IMG/VR virus record: IMGVR_UViG_3300030095_000291
Coordinates: 1 to 26,351 of that record
Source of the DNA: a virus
Taxonomy: Duplodnaviria > Caudoviricetes
Length of the DNA: 26,351 nt
Strand: one strand, 5' to 3'
The position numbers were made by a program, and so were the translations under genes. This document shows, piece after piece, positions 17,157 through 26,351 of the stretch. How positions within the stretch are numbered: the first letter of the stretch is position 1; every line of letters starts with the position of its first letter. The notes under the pieces are model-generated. The model was not told where the DNA came from, made no database searches, and saw only the letters and a program-made list of their open reading frames with translations.

Positions 17157-18757
17157 TGGCAACAGCTTGGCAAACATTTCCTGTAGAGTTTAAAGGTGGA
17201 TTAATATCTAACCTAAGTCCATTACAACATGGTACACAAGCTGTAGGCAGTGCTTCTATATTACAAAATTATGAACCTTCTCTACAGGGTGGTTACGCTA
17301 AGATAAGAGGTTATAGTAAATTTAATACTAATAAAATAGAAGCTTCAAGTAATAGTGGTGGTACTAATCCAATTAGAGGTTTGACGATAGTTGATGTTAA
17401 TATAGCAATAGCAAATAGACTTGATAGCTCATCTCCTAATAATATTTTTTATCATGTCTCACCTAGCTCTATAAATGTAGCACATGCAGTAGGTGGAGGT
17501 ACTGATCATGCTAGTAGATCGGCTTCACCAAATAAAGTAAGAAGTATTATTTATAATTTTAATGGTACTGATAAAGCAGTATTTGTAGATGGGGTAAACT
17601 ATCCTGCGTTTTATAGCAGTGCATCTAGTGCAACCTCTTGTATAACTTTTATTACATCAGGCTCAAGTGGTACACCTAATAATGTTCAAGGTGCTAAATT
17701 TGTAGCTTTGTTTAAAGATTGTTTATTTTTTGTAGTAGGTAATAATTTACTATCAATGCAAATAAAAAACGATACAGATTTTGCAGGTGGACAGCCTAGT
17801 GTTGCAAACTATCCAGATGAAATTACAGGACTTATTACCTTTCGTGATAACTTAATTTTGTTTACTAGACAAGCAATATTTAAAATAACAGGAACTTCAG
17901 GTAATTTTAAATCAGAACCTGTAACTACACAAATAGGTTGTATTGAGCCTGACACAATAGCAGAAGTTGGTGGTGACGTATTATTTATGGCCCCGGATGG
18001 AATAAGATCACTTGCTGCAACTGATAGGATTGGTGACTTTAGTTTGGATGTAGCGTCTGCACCAATTAAAAAAGACATAGATAATTTTACAAGTGGATCT
18101 TTTCATGCTGTTACATTAAGAGAAAAAGCACAGTATAGAGTTTTTAAATTTAATGACGCAATACAACCAGAAGCTGCAGAAGGATTTTTAGCTACAAAGT
18201 TTATTGCACAAGGTGGTCAAGGTTTAAGTTGGGCAAAGACTGTAGGAATCAATGCTTATGTTGTGGACTCAAGATATATGGGTCAAACAGGGGTAAGTAC
18301 AGAAGTAGTTCTCTTTGCAAACAAAGATGGCTATATTTATAGAATGGATAGTGCAGACACCTTTGATGGCAATACAATAGAATCTTTATTTGAATCGCCA
18401 CCTATGCCTGTAGCTGATCCGTTAGTTAGAAAAACATTTTACAAACTTGTATTGTATATTGATGCGATAGGTGCATTTGCAAGTACATTAAGTTTACGAT
18501 ATGATCAAGGTAGTCCTGATGTAATACAACCACAACCTATTACAGTTTCATCAGGAACACAGGCCGCTGTACTGTATGGTAGTAGTAATTTTGGTACTAG
18601 TAGTGGTCTTTATGGGCAACCATTAGATGTAATATATAGTAGTAATGTAGTAGGATCAGGCAAAACAATAACTCTACGTATTGAAGATAAAACAACTACA
18701 GCTAATTATAGATTAGACACAGCATTATTAGAGTATGCTAATAACGACAGACAATAA
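17156..18757 (+). CDS. Tail nozzle (tail tubular protein B / P22 gp10-like)
   Basis: 533 aa, TAATG-coupled; FKGGL N-terminus, beta-propeller-like region (ITGLITFRDNLILF, IGCIEPDTIAEVGGDVLFMAPDGIRSL), RKTFYKL. Confidence 0.8.
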   Translation: MATAWQTFPVEFKGGLISNLSPLQHGTQAVGSASILQNYEPSLQGGYAKIRGYSKFNTNKIEASSNSGGTNPIRGLTIVDVNIAIANRLDSSSPNNIFYHVSPSSINVAHAVGGGTDHASRSASPNKVRSIIYNFNGTDKAVFVDGVNYPAFYSSASSATSCITFITSGSSGTPNNVQGAKFVALFKDCLFFVVGNNLLSMQIKNDTDFAGGQPSVANYPDEITGLITFRDNLILFTRQAIFKITGTSGNFKSEPVTTQIGCIEPDTIAEVGGDVLFMAPDGIRSLAATDRIGDFSLDVASAPIKKDIDNFTSGSFHAVTLREKAQYRVFKFNDAIQPEAAEGFLATKFIAQGGQGLSWAKTVGINAYVVDSRYMGQTGVSTEVVLFANKDGYIYRMDSADTFDGNTIESLFESPPMPVADPLVRKTFYKLVLYIDAIGAFASTLSLRYDQGSPDVIQPQPITVSSGTQAAVLYGSSNFGTSSGLYGQPLDVIYSSNVVGSGKTITLRIEDKTTTANYRLDTALLEYANNDRQ

Positions 18758-18768
18758 GGAACTAAAAC

Positions 18769-20949
18769 ATGGCAGGATATACTAGACAAGATACAAATGA
18801 TAATATCGCAACAGGTAAAGTTATCAATGCAAGTGACTTTGATAATGAATACAATGCGATACAAAGTGCATTCAATGCATCATCAGGGCATAAACACGAT
18901 GGTACGTCAGCAGAAGGTGCAAGAATTACTGTCATAGGTCCTGCAGGACAAGCTACCACAGATGCAAACGCTTTCTTTTCTACCACAACAGGAACAATAG
19001 GTTTGGGTAAAACAGGAAATGTGTGGAAAGATTTACATGTAGATAATATTAAGATAGATGGCAATACTGTATCAACAATTAATACCAATGGTAATATAGA
19101 GTTATCACCTAATGGTGCTGGATTAGTTAATTTACAAGCAGCAGGTGATCTAGCTATTGGTGGTGTGGCTTTAACAGCAAACTCTACAGAGTTTAATACA
19201 CTTGCAGGATTAACAGCAACAACAGCCGAACTTAATATATTAGATGGTAGTATTACTGTACAAGCAACTGTTACATTAGCAGATGCCGATGGTATTGTTA
19301 TATCTGATGCAGATGATAGTGATGCAATGAAGCAAGCACTTGTGTCGGACATAGCTACATATGTTTCTACTAAAGCTATGACCATGACTTATAAAACTAT
19401 AGATGCAAATGGTACGGGTAATAGTATTAGTAATCTTGAAGTTGCTGATTTTACAGCGGCTTCTATTGTAACAGAATCAGAAGGATTAAATTCAAGCGAT
19501 AATGATACAAGTATTCCTACAACTGCTGCAGTAAAAGATTATGTCGATGATAATAACTTAGCTAGTGGTAAGATTGGAGATGCATCTGATCCTGTAATCT
19601 TTGAAGTTACTGTTTCTACTAAAACAGCAGCTAACCCATACGCAGGTGGTGTAAATCATGGTGGTGGATCAGCATCAGCTTCAGCTTATTTTATTAATGG
19701 ACAAGAAGCACCATCATTAGAAGTGTTTGGACATGACGTTATATCATCTAGTAATGTTGGTAGAATGCACTATAAGTTTGATCAAGCTAATGGAACTAAT
19801 AGTGGTCATCCATTGTTGTTTTATTTAGATGCTGCTAAAACTGTAGCATATGCTCCTGCATCTCACGTAACAGTTGTAGGTACTCCCGGACAAGCAGGTG
19901 CTTTTACACTATTAAAAGTTGACAAAGATACACCTCATCAGTTATACTATCAATGTTCAGCACATCCATATATGGGTGGCTTAATTAGTAATCCGTTGTC
20001 AACTGTATTTAATGCAACAGCTGCAGCAAGTACAAGTGGTTTACTTACATTACCAACTACAGATGACACACTTGTAGGTAGAGCAACAACTGATACATTT
20101 ACAAATAAAACAATTAACTTAGCAAGTAGCAACTCTCTTGTAGGCACAACTGCACAATTTAATACAGCATTATCTGATGGATCGTTTGCAACATTGGCAG
20201 GTACTGAATCACTTACTAATAAACAGTTATCTACAAACAAAGTAATGACAGGACAAACTGCAGGTTATCTAGCTGATGACGAGGGTAATGAAATACTTGA
20301 GTTTGAGAGAGTAGATGCTAATGCTACCAATCATGTTAAGATAAAAAATAAACAAACAGGAACAGGCTATGGTAATTATCCTAGTATAGAAGCGGCGGGT
20401 TCAGATACTAATATTGATTTACACTTAACAGGAAAAGGAACAGGTAAAGTTTTTATTGGAGCAGGTCAAATTAACTATGGTGGTACGGCAGTTACAGCAT
20501 CAGCAGATGATTTAAATAGTACAGATGTTACTACATTGGGTACATCTGAAGCAAGTAAAGTTGTAACAGCAAATGCTAGTAATCATATATACGCAGGTGG
20601 AGAGTTTAAGGCTAAACATTATCAAGAACAATATGCATCTGTCACTAGTGCATCAGGTGTAACTTTAGATTTACATGATGGTAATTTATTTGCTGTTACA
20701 ATGGGTCACAATATAACTTTTACTTTTAATAATCCACCTTCTAGTGGTACTGGTTTTGGATTTACATTAAAACTTATTCAAGATGGCACTGGCAATAGAA
20801 CTGCAACATGGCCTTCTTCTGTAGATTGGGCAGGTGGATCTGCACCTTCATTAACAGGTACAGCAAACAGTGTTGATATATTTACATTTTTTACACACGA
20901 TGCAGGTACTACATATTATGGCTTTTTAGCAGGTGCAGACGTAAAATAG
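18769..20949 (+). CDS. Tail fibre protein
   Basis: 726 aa after the nozzle; N-terminal anchor (NASDFDNEYNAI..GHKHDG), TAELNILDG and TxTNKT fibre repeats, C-terminal QDGTGNRTATWP..W.GG..P domain. Confidence 0.8.
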   Translation: MAGYTRQDTNDNIATGKVINASDFDNEYNAIQSAFNASSGHKHDGTSAEGARITVIGPAGQATTDANAFFSTTTGTIGLGKTGNVWKDLHVDNIKIDGNTVSTINTNGNIELSPNGAGLVNLQAAGDLAIGGVALTANSTEFNTLAGLTATTAELNILDGSITVQATVTLADADGIVISDADDSDAMKQALVSDIATYVSTKAMTMTYKTIDANGTGNSISNLEVADFTAASIVTESEGLNSSDNDTSIPTTAAVKDYVDDNNLASGKIGDASDPVIFEVTVSTKTAANPYAGGVNHGGGSASASAYFINGQEAPSLEVFGHDVISSSNVGRMHYKFDQANGTNSGHPLLFYLDAAKTVAYAPASHVTVVGTPGQAGAFTLLKVDKDTPHQLYYQCSAHPYMGGLISNPLSTVFNATAAASTSGLLTLPTTDDTLVGRATTDTFTNKTINLASSNSLVGTTAQFNTALSDGSFATLAGTESLTNKQLSTNKVMTGQTAGYLADDEGNEILEFERVDANATNHVKIKNKQTGTGYGNYPSIEAAGSDTNIDLHLTGKGTGKVFIGAGQINYGGTAVTASADDLNSTDVTTLGTSEASKVVTANASNHIYAGGEFKAKHYQEQYASVTSASGVTLDLHDGNLFAVTMGHNITFTFNNPPSSGTGFGFTLKLIQDGTGNRTATWPSSVDWAGGSAPSLTGTANSVDIFTFFTHDAGTTYYGFLAGADVK

Positions 20950-20958
20950 GGAAACAAC

Positions 20959-23900
20959 ATGAGTAGTATATCAAGAAAAATGCAAACGGCAGCATCAGGT
21001 GTTGGATCAAGAGAACATAGAGTAGAGCAATATTTTGCTTCACACAATGTTCCTAGTAGACAATGGAATTGGGAAGGCTATACAGAAGGAAAGGGAACAA
21101 CCTCTTTACCTGAAACAGTTACAGGAATTAATATGCTTAGTAACGCTACATATAATGATTGTAAAGTTGCTGAACATTTTGATACCTTATTATGGAGAGG
21201 TAAAATTGCTAGTCAAGAAATACAATCCCAAGTAGATATGCTATCAACAGGTGGTATGGCTATTATTAAAGGTAGAAATTTAAATGCTTTTAATTATCCT
21301 TATATCTATTGGCATGATGGTACTACTATGTCAAATGCTTATGATCTCACTGGTCATGGTACAGCACAATTCTCTAGTTTTAGGGCAGCATTTAGCAAGA
21401 ATGGTATTGTTGTTCGTAATGGTGGACATAGTACTAATTGGCATAATGTAAATTATGATAATGGTAGTAACGCTAGTGGAGAGCATTATCCTTCTGATAA
21501 TTACGTGGCTTGGATTTATAAGAGAGCCGCTAAATTTGTAGATGTAGTTACTTACACAGGAGATGGAACAGAAAATAGAACAATTAATCACCTACTAGAT
21601 TGTGCCGTTGGCATGATATGGATTAAAGATTTAGGTGGTTCAGATGGTGGCCATGGTGGAGATTTCTGGGTTTGGAATCATGGGCATCCACACAAGCATA
21701 CTATATTAAATGATTTACAAACTAATTATGGTATCGTTGGTCAAACTGCTACACTAGGTCCTTCACATACTGGTACAAGTACAGTTAAAAGTCACTTGTT
21801 ATTTGGTGGGTCGGATAATAATCTAAATCAACCAACAACAACTCAATTTTATGTTAACTATAAAAATGAACAACATAGTGCTTCAGGTGATGCTACAGGA
21901 AAAAGCACTAATGCAAGTGGTAGAAGCTATGTAGCAATATTATTTGCACACGATACTAGTGCTAGTAAAATGATTCAATGTGGGTATAAAGCAACTGCAT
22001 CTACCTCAATTCCCGGAGATGTTATTAGCACAGTAAATCCCCAATGTGTTTGGATGAAAAAAGGAGATACAACAACAGGTCAGTATTGGTGGTTTGTTGA
22101 TGATATGAGATCTGCACCAAGTCAGGCTTTATATAATGGAGGTTCTGCTTCTAGCAATACTCCTGAATTGTCAGAATTAGCAGAAGGACATAATGAACAA
22201 GTTAGCCTACACAATTCAAATAATTCAAATACGTTAGGTAATAAAATGGCTAATATTGCATTTATGGAAGGTGGATTTAGAGAATGCGATGCTAAATGGA
22301 ATAGTGATGCTTACTATTGGATGGCTATTACAAAACCTGAATATACTCACGTGGATAAAATAACTAAAGAAGAAGAAGAATCAGGGGGTATGTGTCTTGT
22401 GTGGGGTAGTCAAGTAAGTGGTAATCAAACTGACTACGGTCCTTGGATGTATACTACACAACACATGCAACGACATAATGATGGTGGTACATTGCTTCCC
22501 GGTGGTCCTTCTAAAATTGCAGCTAGACCTATTGGTATAAACTTAGGTGGTACGCATCAAGCAATGGCACATCCTGATTATTCATCTAACGATTTTATGA
22601 AGTTTACTAATCGTGGATTTGTTTTAGGTAATGCATTCCATAATGTTGCAAGTCAACATAGTTGGACATTTAGAAGAAGAACTAGATTTTTTGATCAAGT
22701 TTTAGTTACGGGAAATGGTGTTAATAATTCAGGACAAACTGCAAGTAATCAAGTTACTCATAATTTAGGTGTAAAACCCGGAATGATATGGGTTAGAAAT
22801 TTAGATCAAGGTTCTGCTCCTTGGTGTCTAGCTGTTCTTGATACTGCAACTAATAGATATTGGGTTGGAGATAATTCAGGAACTAATTATTATTTAAATG
22901 GACAAACAGATGCCCACTATAATTTATCTGTTCTCCAATCAAATACTCTTGCTACAGATCAGTATGTTGATATCGGTAAGATTGTACGTAATGCATCAGA
23001 TCCGACAGGATGGGCAATAAATGTGAGTAATATTAGTAGCCAAAAATATTTAGTAACTTTATTTGCTCACGATACATCCGATGATAGCATGATTAAATGT
23101 GGTACGTACACAGGGACTAGTTCAGCTATTGCTAACACTGCTCCTTATATACAGTTAGGATGGACACCTCAAGCTGTATTTGTTAAATGTGTAGATGATA
23201 ATAGTGCAGGTACAGCTTTATTATGTGGTAATTTTTTTAGTAGTCACTTAGGTATGTTTAATGGTGTAGACTATTCAGGTAATGTGTCTATGAATGGACA
23301 AGGTGGTGTTCATTACAAAGTAGGTAAACAGTATTCTTCTAATAATTCGTATCAAGGTAATCCAATTATGCCACAACACGATGGTTTTAGAGTGTATGGT
23401 TCAACAGGTTCAAATCAAGGAACGCTATATAGTTTTAGTAGTGAGCTTCACGATAATACAAATAAAGCTAATCATGTTTATTTTTATATGGCAATAAAAG
23501 AAGGTATAATAAAGGATGTAGGACATACTCCTGATTTTGCTAAAATGTGTGTGGGTCGTTATGGTCAAGCTGGTACGTATTTAAGTAATTTACATGGCAG
23601 ACATACGAGTGGTGGTATAGATAGTTTAGGTACAGGATACTATATGGGTTGGCGGCCAGACTTTATAATCACTAGACCATTAAGAGATACTAACTTAACT
23701 ACAAGTCAAAATGCTAAAGGTGAAAAAGGTTTTAATGTACAATGTAAATACATGGATGCTTATCATTTATCTAGGTGGGGTCAACAGGCAGGTATTACCC
23801 ATACAGGTACGCAAAGTGAAGGAATGATTACAGGAAGTACTTACAGTGAGATAGGTGGTACTTCTAATGTTACAAGTAATGCTGACGATACTGATATGGC

Positions 23901-24816
23901 GTTTGCTTTACGTAAATGTGAAAAAGCATTTGATGTAGTAACGTGGCATGGTTATGGTGATGGACAAAGTATTGATTATAGTAGACAAATAAAACACAAA
24001 TTAACAGTTGCTCCTGAAATGATTATGGCATGGCAACCCGGGAATAAAGATGGTAATCCTAATAGTAACTTTGGTCTATCTCCTTATGGAACTGTTTGGC
24101 ACAAAGATTTTGGTAGTTTAGGTTATAATAATAACTATGCATTAAAATGGTGTGATGATAATTCTTTCGATGATATAGAAAGTTACACAGGTACAAATAG
24201 GCCTTGGGGTACTGCAAATAGTGGTCCTAATCCAACTGCTACTACATTTGAAGTAGGTTTTATTAATAGCAATGGTGGTGGTGCAAATCCTGCAAGTAAA
24301 TCAGGAATGGTACATTGTGCTGCTTTATTTGCTAGTAAAGAGGGTAGAACAAAAGTAGGATCATGGACAGGTAATAGCAGTAGTACTACAACTGTTAATT
24401 TTGGGTTTTACCCACGATGTATATGGATTAAAGCATTAAATACAGGACAATCAAGTTGGCATGAAGAAGCAGGTTGGATGTATTTAATAAGAACTACCTA
24501 CGGATATAATACTCCTGATTTTAAATTGTGGTGGTTAGATAAAGGATATGCGAGTCAAAGTATGAACGCTGAAGTTTCGACTAATGGTGGGGCTGGAATT
24601 AACATACAAAGCACTTCTACTTGGCTTAATACTACAGGAAGAAAATATATTTATGTTGCCTTTAGTGCCGATGAATTAACGGGTAGTGATAGAAGTACTG
24701 ACACAGCAAGTACACATTCGCATTATCCTACTATGGGAAGAGGTACTAACAGTACACCTGATGCTTGGAAACATTATACAGGAAATCCTAGAGATACAAG
24801 ATCATATAAATTATAA
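20959..24816 (+). CDS. Large putative receptor-binding/adhesin protein with repeated beta modules
   Basis: 1285 aa, G/S/N/W/Y-rich; recurring (F/V)DxVxxxGxG..H.L...P.MIW and LFAHDTS..MI.CG modules; follows the tail fibre. Confidence 0.65.
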   Translation: MSSISRKMQTAASGVGSREHRVEQYFASHNVPSRQWNWEGYTEGKGTTSLPETVTGINMLSNATYNDCKVAEHFDTLLWRGKIASQEIQSQVDMLSTGGMAIIKGRNLNAFNYPYIYWHDGTTMSNAYDLTGHGTAQFSSFRAAFSKNGIVVRNGGHSTNWHNVNYDNGSNASGEHYPSDNYVAWIYKRAAKFVDVVTYTGDGTENRTINHLLDCAVGMIWIKDLGGSDGGHGGDFWVWNHGHPHKHTILNDLQTNYGIVGQTATLGPSHTGTSTVKSHLLFGGSDNNLNQPTTTQFYVNYKNEQHSASGDATGKSTNASGRSYVAILFAHDTSASKMIQCGYKATASTSIPGDVISTVNPQCVWMKKGDTTTGQYWWFVDDMRSAPSQALYNGGSASSNTPELSELAEGHNEQVSLHNSNNSNTLGNKMANIAFMEGGFRECDAKWNSDAYYWMAITKPEYTHVDKITKEEEESGGMCLVWGSQVSGNQTDYGPWMYTTQHMQRHNDGGTLLPGGPSKIAARPIGINLGGTHQAMAHPDYSSNDFMKFTNRGFVLGNAFHNVASQHSWTFRRRTRFFDQVLVTGNGVNNSGQTASNQVTHNLGVKPGMIWVRNLDQGSAPWCLAVLDTATNRYWVGDNSGTNYYLNGQTDAHYNLSVLQSNTLATDQYVDIGKIVRNASDPTGWAINVSNISSQKYLVTLFAHDTSDDSMIKCGTYTGTSSAIANTAPYIQLGWTPQAVFVKCVDDNSAGTALLCGNFFSSHLGMFNGVDYSGNVSMNGQGGVHYKVGKQYSSNNSYQGNPIMPQHDGFRVYGSTGSNQGTLYSFSSELHDNTNKANHVYFYMAIKEGIIKDVGHTPDFAKMCVGRYGQAGTYLSNLHGRHTSGGIDSLGTGYYMGWRPDFIITRPLRDTNLTTSQNAKGEKGFNVQCKYMDAYHLSRWGQQAGITHTGTQSEGMITGSTYSEIGGTSNVTSNADDTDMAFALRKCEKAFDVVTWHGYGDGQSIDYSRQIKHKLTVAPEMIMAWQPGNKDGNPNSNFGLSPYGTVWHKDFGSLGYNNNYALKWCDDNSFDDIESYTGTNRPWGTANSGPNPTATTFEVGFINSNGGGANPASKSGMVHCAALFASKEGRTKVGSWTGNSSSTTTVNFGFYPRCIWIKALNTGQSSWHEEAGWMYLIRTTYGYNTPDFKLWWLDKGYASQSMNAEVSTNGGAGINIQSTSTWLNTTGRKYIYVAFSADELTGSDRSTDTASTHSHYPTMGRGTNSTPDAWKHYTGNPRDTRSYKL

Positions 24817-24827
24817 AGGAGTAAATA

Positions 24828-25331
24828 ATGTATAGGGATAAAAAAACAGGAGAAGAAAAAGAGTTTGGTGATTTAATGGCTACAGTAACTAATACTTCTT
24901 TTCCTAAAACATTTGCTAGTGATAAAGAAGCAGTAGAATCATTTTTTGATGTAGAGTACATTTATGACAATCCTAATAAACCTACATTAAAACAATATGA
25001 AACACATGCACCTGATGGACTAGAAGCAATAGATGGTAAATGGTATAGAAAAGTTAAAGTCGTAGATGTATATACAGAGTATAAAGATTCGGATGGCAAA
25101 ACTATAACTAAAGAAGATCAAATAAAAGCTTTAGAAGATAATCTAGTAACTGCATTAGCTGTAGACCATAGAGCAAAAAGAGATAGGCTATTAGTAGAAA
25201 CAGATGTATATGGTCTTTCTGATGTAACTATGTCTGATAATATGAAAACATATAGACAAGCATTACGTGACTTACCTGCACATAGCTCATGGCCAAATTT
25301 GGCAGATAGTGATTGGCCAACTAAACCATAA
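24828..25331 (+). CDS. Tail fibre assembly chaperone
   Basis: C-terminal RAKRDRLLVETD...YRQALRDLP...WPTKP signature; AAAGGAG RBS. Confidence 0.8.
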   Translation: MYRDKKTGEEKEFGDLMATVTNTSFPKTFASDKEAVESFFDVEYIYDNPNKPTLKQYETHAPDGLEAIDGKWYRKVKVVDVYTEYKDSDGKTITKEDQIKALEDNLVTALAVDHRAKRDRLLVETDVYGLSDVTMSDNMKTYRQALRDLPAHSSWPNLADSDWPTKP

Positions 25332-25807
25332 TGTTTGATCCCATTACGATTGGTGCTGCTTTGACCACAGCAAGCACAGCATTTGCAGGTCTAAAGAAAG
25401 CTTTTCAAACAGGTCGTGATATACAACAAATGAGTGGTGATCTTTCTAAGTGGATGAGTGCTGTGTCAGATATAGATCAAAAAGAAAAGTCAGCCAAGAA
25501 TCCACCTATCTTTCGTAAGGTATTTGGATCAGTAGAACAAGAAGCACTTGAAGCATTCGCTGCTAAAAAGAAACTAGCAGAACAACGATACGAGCTTGAA
25601 CAGTTTATAAAATTTAGTCATGGTCATAAGGCTTGGGAAGAGCTATTGGGCATGGAAGGTAAGATTAGAAAAGCTAGACAAGAACAGTTGTATAAACGAC
25701 AAGAAATAAAAGATAGGCTTATTGAAGGTTTATTTATATTATTCTTAATATGTACTATTGTAGGACTAGGGTGGCTAGTTTGGTATTTAAAATCAATTCA
25801 GGAGTAG
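25331..25807 (+). CDS. Hypothetical protein with a C-terminal transmembrane helix
   Basis: TAATG-coupled; MFDPIT amphipathic N-terminus, coiled-coil body, hydrophobic GLFILFLICTIVGLGWLVWYL. Confidence 0.7.
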   Translation: MFDPITIGAALTTASTAFAGLKKAFQTGRDIQQMSGDLSKWMSAVSDIDQKEKSAKNPPIFRKVFGSVEQEALEAFAAKKKLAEQRYELEQFIKFSHGHKAWEELLGMEGKIRKARQEQLYKRQEIKDRLIEGLFILFLICTIVGLGWLVWYLKSIQE

Positions 25808-25810
25808 TTA

Positions 25811-26041
25811 ATGGAAATCAGTATGTGGATGTTTTGGAACATCGTCTTAACTTTAGTTATAGCTCCTGCAGTGTGGGCATTCAGAGGACTCATACATGAA
25901 GTTAAACGTATTGATATACTATTAAACAAAACTAGAGAAGAGTATGTAACACGTAAAGAAATGCGAGATGATCTAAGTCAAGTCATGGATTCTTTACATA
26001 GAGTAGAAGATAAGCTAGATAAAATTTTGAGTAAGGATTAA
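25811..26041 (+). CDS. Small membrane protein (N-terminal TM plus coiled coil; possibly holin-like)
   Basis: AGGAG RBS; hydrophobic residues ~5-24; EEYVTRKE...RVEDKLDKIL heptads. Confidence 0.6.
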   Translation: MEISMWMFWNIVLTLVIAPAVWAFRGLIHEVKRIDILLNKTREEYVTRKEMRDDLSQVMDSLHRVEDKLDKILSKD

Positions 26042-26045
26042 ATAA

Positions 26046-26351
26046 ATGGCAAAGAAAAAGATTAAATTTTCAGAACAAGGCTTAAAGAAATTAGCTACTG
26101 CCTTTAACTATAAAGGGGATATATCTAAGTTTAAAGATTTTTTAGCAAGTGATCCAGCAAAACAACACTTAGTTAATAGTTCTGTAAAAAAGTTTCTAAA
26201 GGCAGCACAAGGTGGCATGGTAGGCTATTCAACTGGTGGTATGACACAAGAGCAAGCTAAAGCTAAACTAAAACAAATAGGTCCTACAGTTTCAGGTAGT
26301 GGTGGAGATTATTCTGATCTATCTTCATTTGATAATTATAACTTTAGTAGT
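26046..26351 (+). CDS. Putative internal virion protein, N-terminal part (3'-truncated; absent from the ORF track)
   Basis: ATG 26046 with AAGGA upstream; open to the window end: MAKKKIKFSEQGLKKLATAFNYKGD...KFLKAAQGGMVGYSTGGMTQEQ... Confidence 0.75.
   Translation, partial: MAKKKIKFSEQGLKKLATAFNYKGDISKFKDFLASDPAKQHLVNSSVKKFLKAAQGGMVGYSTGGMTQEQAKAKLKQIGPTVSGSGGDYSDLSSFDNYNFSS

Noticed and set aside
18762-19385. 207-aa minus-strand ORF and the other minus-strand ORFs in the track
   Set aside because: All lie antisense to well-supported + strand genes, lack recognisable motifs, and are expected shadows of codon bias.
1-26351. Stop-codon reassignment
   Set aside because: The standard code gives near-complete coding density; TAG and TGA stops fall at natural gene ends followed by new starts.

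Overview
A 26-kb AT-rich piece of a dsDNA podovirus genome. All credible genes are on the + strand and tightly packed. Order: end of an M15-type endolysin, TerS, two small ORFs, TerL, portal, small head protein, 644-aa putative internal/ejection protein, scaffold, major capsid protein, decoration protein, a side-fibre cassette (fibre subunit, two fibre/adhesin proteins, repeat 'rope' protein, fibre-tail adaptor), head-tail adaptor, nozzle, tail fibre, large adhesin, fibre chaperone, two membrane proteins, and the start of another putative internal protein. Gene order and MCP N-terminus resemble marine alphaproteobacterial (HMO-2011-type) podoviruses; this is from memory and unverified. No tRNA, rRNA, CRISPR or mobile element was seen. 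Best leads: (1) a hydrophobic-x-x-G-G motif recurring in three unrelated proteins at module boundaries and next to Lys-rich termini, suggesting a processing or capsid-loading signal; (2) four copies of the same 2x4 RNA internal loop (CC / NYAY) in the scaffold and capsid leaders; (3) apparent absence of CCWGG, GWGCWC and GCGC, visible in forced codon choices; (4) a nozzle-like aromatic-Gly docking motif inserted into the rope protein. All calls come from reading motifs by eye; no searches were run.
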